Positions 59,212 through 64,000 of a stretch of 64,000 bases of DNA are shown here, one piece after another. The first letter of the stretch is position 1; each line of letters starts with the position of its first letter. This DNA comes from an uncultured Verrucomicrobiae bacterium (GTDB taxonomy: Bacteria > Verrucomicrobiota > Verrucomicrobiia > Limisphaerales > Palsa-1400): contig OY969763.1 in NCBI GenBank assembly GCA_963702845.1, positions 2,016,001 through 2,080,000 of the forward strand, given 5' to 3'. The notes under the pieces were generated by a model that worked only from the letters and a program-made list of their open reading frames with translations, searched no databases and had not been told where the DNA came from. A program made the translations under genes and the position numbers.

Positions 59212-60908
59212 ATGGAATGGTTGGTTCAAACATTGCGGCAGTATCCGGAAATTGCGATTTTTCTCGCGCTGGCGGTCGGGTTTTGGATTGGGAATCTCAA
59301 GTTTGGCTCGTTTAGTCTTGGGGTTGTTACGAGTGTTTTGCTTGCGGGGGTTTTGATTGGACAACTTAAAATTCAAATCTCGCCGAATGTAAAATCGACA
59401 TTTTTTCTGATGTTCCTGTTCGCCGTAGGTTACGGGGTCGGCCCGCAATTTTTTCGAGGTCTCAAAAGTGGTGGGTTAAAACAGGTGTTATTTGCAGTGA
59501 TACTGGTCTTTTGTTGTCTGCTGACCGCTGTGCTCATGGGCAAGGTCCTGGGTTACGATGCCGGGTCGACGGCTGGGCTTCTTTCCGGAGCCTGCACCAT
59601 TTCGGCTGTGTTGGGTGTTGCGTCAGACACGATCAATCAATTGGCGATAACGCCGAGAACAAAAAACGCAATTGATCGACAACATGCCGGTTGCGTACGC
59701 CGTCACCTATTTGTTTGGCACGGCTGGTTCAGCGTGGATATTGGCTTCGCTGGGGCCAAAAATCTTGCGTGTTGATTTGCCGAAAGCATGCAAGGAATAC
59801 GAAGAAAAGATGGGCGGTATGGCACCGGACGATGGCATCGGCGTCGGCTTACACAGAGTGGCTGGTGCGTGCTTACAGGGTCAGCGGTGCAAGCGAGGTT
59901 CGGGACAAAACGGTTGAGGCAATCGAGGAGAGCTTCCGTCCGGATCGTGTGTTTATCGGTCGAATACGCCATGGAGAGCACATTACTGACGCAGAGCCTG
60001 CATCAGTGATTGCCGAAGGTGATGTTGTTGCGGTTGCGGCGCGTCGCAGCGTGCTGTTGCCGATCGAGCACCTTTTTGGAAAGGAAGTTGATGATCGCGA
60101 ATTGATGGATGTTGCCACGGAAACGTTGGACGTGGTCATAACACGCAAGGAGATTGTCGGTCGCACCATCAAAGAGATTGCCGGCTCGGACAAGATGCGG
60201 GAACACGGACGTTGCGTGTTTGCAAAAAAAATCATGCGTGGTGGGATCGAAATGCCCTTGCACCCGAATACAACCATTGACCGGGGCGATGTGGTCACGC
60301 TTGTGGGCGCACATAAGGATGTGGAGAACGCTGTCACGTTGCTTGGCTATGCAGATCGTACCACGGATAAAACCGACATGACGTTCATGGGCCTGGGAAT
60401 TGTGATTGGAGCATTGATTGGTGCTATCACACTTCACGTCGGGAAAATTCCTTTAAGCCTGAGTACTAGCGGAGGTGCGTTGTTTGCGGGACTCGTTTGC
60501 GGTTGGTTGCGTTCGGTTAATCGTGCCTTCGGGCAAATTCCGGCGCCTGCGTTGTGGGTCTTCAATAATGTCGGGCTGTGCGGCTTCATCGCGGTTGTTG
60601 GAATCACTGCCGGTCCGGGCTTTGTCGCTGGACTGAAAAGCAATGGCCTCACGCTTTTGCTCGCGGGCATCGTGGTTACGACGGTGCCGTTTATCGTTGG
60701 TTTGTTGATCGGTAAATATTTTTTCAAATTTCATCCCGCGATAAATCTGGGAGCTTGCGCTGGAGCGCGCACGACCACCGCAGCATTGGGGGCCATCGAG
60801 GAAGCAGCGCAAAGCAAAGTGCCGGCGTTGGGTTACACCGTTCCGTACGCCGTTGGAAATACGCTCCTGATTATCTGGGGCGTGGTGATCGTGATTATTA
60901 TGAAATGA
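59212..60908 (+). CDS. aspT: AspT/YidE/YbjL family antiporter; two apparent +1 frameshifts (near 59655 and 59833)
   Basis: [23 protein letters not shown], two TrkA_C segments, [19 protein letters not shown], across three frames. Confidence 0.82.
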
Positions 60909-60923
60909 TTTTTGGGAGGATTT

Positions 60924-62357
60924 ATGAAATCGATACAAAGTTACCTGGGCGCACCGACGAAGAAACGAACCGCCGGAAAACCGCGCGTGCAGAAGCACTT
61001 TAATGTTCCGTCGGGTCTTCTCGACCAGTTCAATCTCGAGATTCCGGAAGAATTTCCAGAGCACTCGATCAATCCGCGAGCTGCGATGAACATCGTGAAC
61101 AGCGAGTCGTGGACCGACGCCAATCCGATGCTCAACTTGTCATCCTTCGTGACGACGTTTCATGAACCTGAAGAAGCCGAGGTGGCCAAGCAGAACATCA
61201 TGAAGAATTACATCGACCATGACATGTACCCGCAGGTCTTCGCGATGGAGAAGAAGATGGTCAAATGGCTGCATCATCTTTGGAATGGGCCGAAGAATGT
61301 TGAGCCATACGGGACGGCAACGATTGGGTCGTCGGAGGCCTGCATGCTCGCCGGTTTGGCGCATAAATGGAATTGGCGTGAAGCGAGAAAGAAGGCAAAG
61401 AAAGACTTCAGCAAGCCAAACATGGTCACAGGCGGCAACGTGCAAATCGTTTGGAAAAAGTTTCTGAAGTATTTCGATGTTGAACCACGAATCGCGCCGC
61501 TCGAGGTCGATAACTACCGACTGACGACAAAGCATCTCGAAAAGCTTGTGGATGAGAACACGATTTGTGTCGTGGCGATCGCGGGCCAGACGTTCACCGG
61601 CGAGGACGACGACATCCAGGAAATTCACGATTGGCTGGATAAATATGAGAAGCGAACGGGGATCAACATTCCGATGCACATTGATGGAGCTTCGGGGGCG
61701 TTTGTAAATCCATTCCTATATCCAGATTACAAATGGGATTTTCGTTTGCCGCGCGTGCAATCAATTAATGCTTCCGGACACAAATTCGGTCTCACGCCTC
61801 CCGGTCTCGGTTGGATTGTGTTCAAGGAACGCAAAATCTTTAATGAGGATCTGGTATTTTATGTGAACTATCTCGGTGGCGAACACCCGACGGCGACTTT
61901 AAATTTCAGCCGTAACGCGATGCAGATCGCGGTGCAGTATTATCTGTTCTTACGTCTCGGACGGGAGGGATACACCGCGATCATGGAGCACGCGGTCAAT
62001 AATGCGGAGAGGCTGCGTGAACAACTGGTTGAGAGCGGCTACTTCAACATCATGAACAAAACGCAACGCATTCCAGTGGTGGCGTTGACGCTAAAACCGC
62101 AGTTCAAAAATTTCAGCGAATACGATGTGTCTTCAAAAGTTCGTGAGCGCGGTTGGGTGTTATCTGCTTACACGATGCCGCCGAATGCGGAAGAAGTGCG
62201 CTCGTTGCGCATTGTCGTTCGGCCTCATCTCAATCGAAATGTCGTCGATATGCTTGCCAAAGATATCATCGAGGCTTGCGATTTTCTCAAGCGATTTGGC
62301 GGACACGTGCACCCGCCGCACCTGCATCCGGCCGGTCGGGTAACCACGAAGTGTTGA
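60924..62357 (+). CDS. gadB: Glutamate decarboxylase-like group II PLP decarboxylase
   Basis: NLSSFVTT, KNYIDHDMYP, TIGSSEACML, HIDGASG, SINASGHKFGL (PLP Lys), TLNFSR; GGAGGA RBS before the ATG at 60924. Confidence 0.85.
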   Translation: MKSIQSYLGAPTKKRTAGKPRVQKHFNVPSGLLDQFNLEIPEEFPEHSINPRAAMNIVNSESWTDANPMLNLSSFVTTFHEPEEAEVAKQNIMKNYIDHDMYPQVFAMEKKMVKWLHHLWNGPKNVEPYGTATIGSSEACMLAGLAHKWNWREARKKAKKDFSKPNMVTGGNVQIVWKKFLKYFDVEPRIAPLEVDNYRLTTKHLEKLVDENTICVVAIAGQTFTGEDDDIQEIHDWLDKYEKRTGINIPMHIDGASGAFVNPFLYPDYKWDFRLPRVQSINASGHKFGLTPPGLGWIVFKERKIFNEDLVFYVNYLGGEHPTATLNFSRNAMQIAVQYYLFLRLGREGYTAIMEHAVNNAERLREQLVESGYFNIMNKTQRIPVVALTLKPQFKNFSEYDVSSKVRERGWVLSAYTMPPNAEEVRSLRIVVRPHLNRNVVDMLAKDIIEACDFLKRFGGHVHPPHLHPAGRVTTKC

Positions 62358-62402
62358 TTTGGGGAACAAGCGAAACGTAACTAATGTGGGAGGAGGAGGA
62401 AT

Positions 62403-64000
62403 ATGGAGTGGATCAGGCAAATCTTTAAGGCAGCCCCGGAACTGGCGCTTTTTATCGCGCTGTTCCTGGGCCACGCCATCGGACGATTCAAGTTCAAAAA
62501 CTTTAGTCTCGGGGGTGTCGCTGGATCGTTGTTGGTGGCGTTGGTTATCGGGCAAATCGGAATCGATCTGCCGGAGGCCTTGAAGGCGGTGTGTTTCGCT
62601 CTTTTTATTTATTCCGTGGGGTTTCAGAGCGGTCCCGAGTTTTTCGGCCGTCTCGACCGATCCTCATTGAAGCTGGTCATGTCGTCGGTGTTTCAATGTG
62701 TCGTTGCGTTGATTTCAATTTTAGTCATCGCGAAAATCTGCGGCTTCAACAAAGGGTATGCTGTCGGAATGGGGGCAGGTGCATTGACGCAAACGGCGAT
62801 GATGGGCACGGCAGGTGACGCACTAAACAGGTTGGGATTATCTGCCGCCGACACGACAAATCTCACGAGCGAAATGGCGGTCGCGTTCGCCATTACGTAT
62901 GTATTCGGCACAGTTGGTGTGATCGTTTTTCTGCGCAGCATCGCCCCGCGGTTGATGGGGACGGATGTTAAGAAAGCGGCGAGAGAGCTTGAAGCAGAAC
63001 TGTCCGAGGGTGGAGAGGTGAAACGGCCAGGTTACATATCACCGTTTGTCCCGGTGGTTGCGCGGGCGTTTGTGGTCAAACAGGCGGCGAGCAAGACCAT
63101 TGCGGAAATCTCGCAGCGCCTCGAGCGGGCATCGGTCGAGCGAATTCTTCGCGATAATACGGTCATCGAAGTGAAGCCAGACTTCGTTCTGAAGCCGGAA
63201 GATATTGTAGCAGTTACCGGGCGTCTGGCCTCGGTCGTTGCTGCGGGAGACTTCATCGGGCCAGAGGTGGAGAACAAAGAAGCGCTGTCTTTTTCGATCG
63301 AGGTGACAAACGTTGTTGTAACCAATAAGCACATCATCGGAAAGACGTTGGGCGAGATTCGAGAAAACATTGGGACCAGGGATGTCGAAGCTGTTTACCT
63401 GGTCAGCATCAAACGCCAGGGTTTAGCGCTGCCCATTTTACTCCATACGGTAGTGCGAAGAGGTGACGTCGCGCAGCTGGCCGGGCGCCCTGGTGAGGTG
63501 CATAAGGCGGCTGACCTGATCGGTCGCTCAGAGCCGACCGGAGCAAAAAGCGACCTCGCTTACCATGCTCTTGGCATTGTCGTCGGAATTTTGGTTGGGC
63601 TGATTACGATCACTGTGGGCGGCATCCCGATAACATTGGGTATAGGAGGCGGCGTATTGGTGGTGGGACTTTGTTTCGGTTGGTTCCACGCACGGTATCC
63701 GGTGTTTGGGACGCTGCCGCAGGCGGCGCAGTGGATTCTGTCGGAGTTCGGATTGAGTGCGTTCGCCGCGATAATTGGACTCACCGCTGGGCCCAAAGCT
63801 CTCGCGGCTATTCAACAGCAAGGGCTGATCCTGCTTGTCGCGGGAGTAGTTCTGACTTTGGTCCCAATTGTTGCCACCCTCTACTTTGGCCGGTTCGTGC
63901 TCAAGCTGCATCCAGTCGTTTTACTTGGAGCGCTCTCAGGAGGACAAACGGTTGCTGCGTCGCTTGAATGCGGTGAATGAGGCGACTGACAGCATGACTC
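62403..64000 (+). CDS. aspT: Second AspT/YidE/YbjL family antiporter, 3'-truncated; apparent +1 frameshift near 63963
   Basis: FIYSVGFQSGPEFF, AFAITYVFG, TrkA_C domains. The next frame continues ..LNAVNEATDSMT to the window edge. Confidence 0.8.

Overview
Bacterial chromosomal DNA of moderate-to-high GC. The gene content, especially a UBact-type proteasome system, suggests Verrucomicrobiota/PVC, but this is an inference. The main feature is a complete Pup/UBact-like protein-tagging and 20S proteasome system split into two minus-strand loci about 26 kb apart. One locus is arc ATPase + dop (5.7-9.1 kb). The other is ubact-prcB-prcA-pafA (34.9-38.1 kb), where the 56-aa ubact gene (37938-38108, ends RYRQRTGQ) is missing from the ORF track. 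Other content: lysine catabolism (lat, pcd) with an inserted Phd/RelE toxin-antitoxin pair; a ligase-associated nuclease plus ATP-dependent DNA ligase; a short Rho; a liv ABC transporter operon; an A1-type cytochrome c oxidase operon with a perfect Rex/CRP-type palindrome upstream; smc; a Calx-beta surface protein; divergent EgtD-like and DHPS-like genes; an RND efflux triad; tRNA-Arg(TCT); a secreted NlpC/P60-like protein fused to a 7-bladed lectin propeller; and a glutamate decarboxylase flanked by two AspT-family antiporters. Non-coding structure includes a dispersed ~100-bp element with 10-bp-phased motifs, a strong promoter followed by a structured RNA upstream of smc, and several REP-like hairpins, one translated in frame inside SMC. 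Ten apparent +1 frameshifts in otherwise intact genes most likely reflect sequencing or assembly insertion errors.
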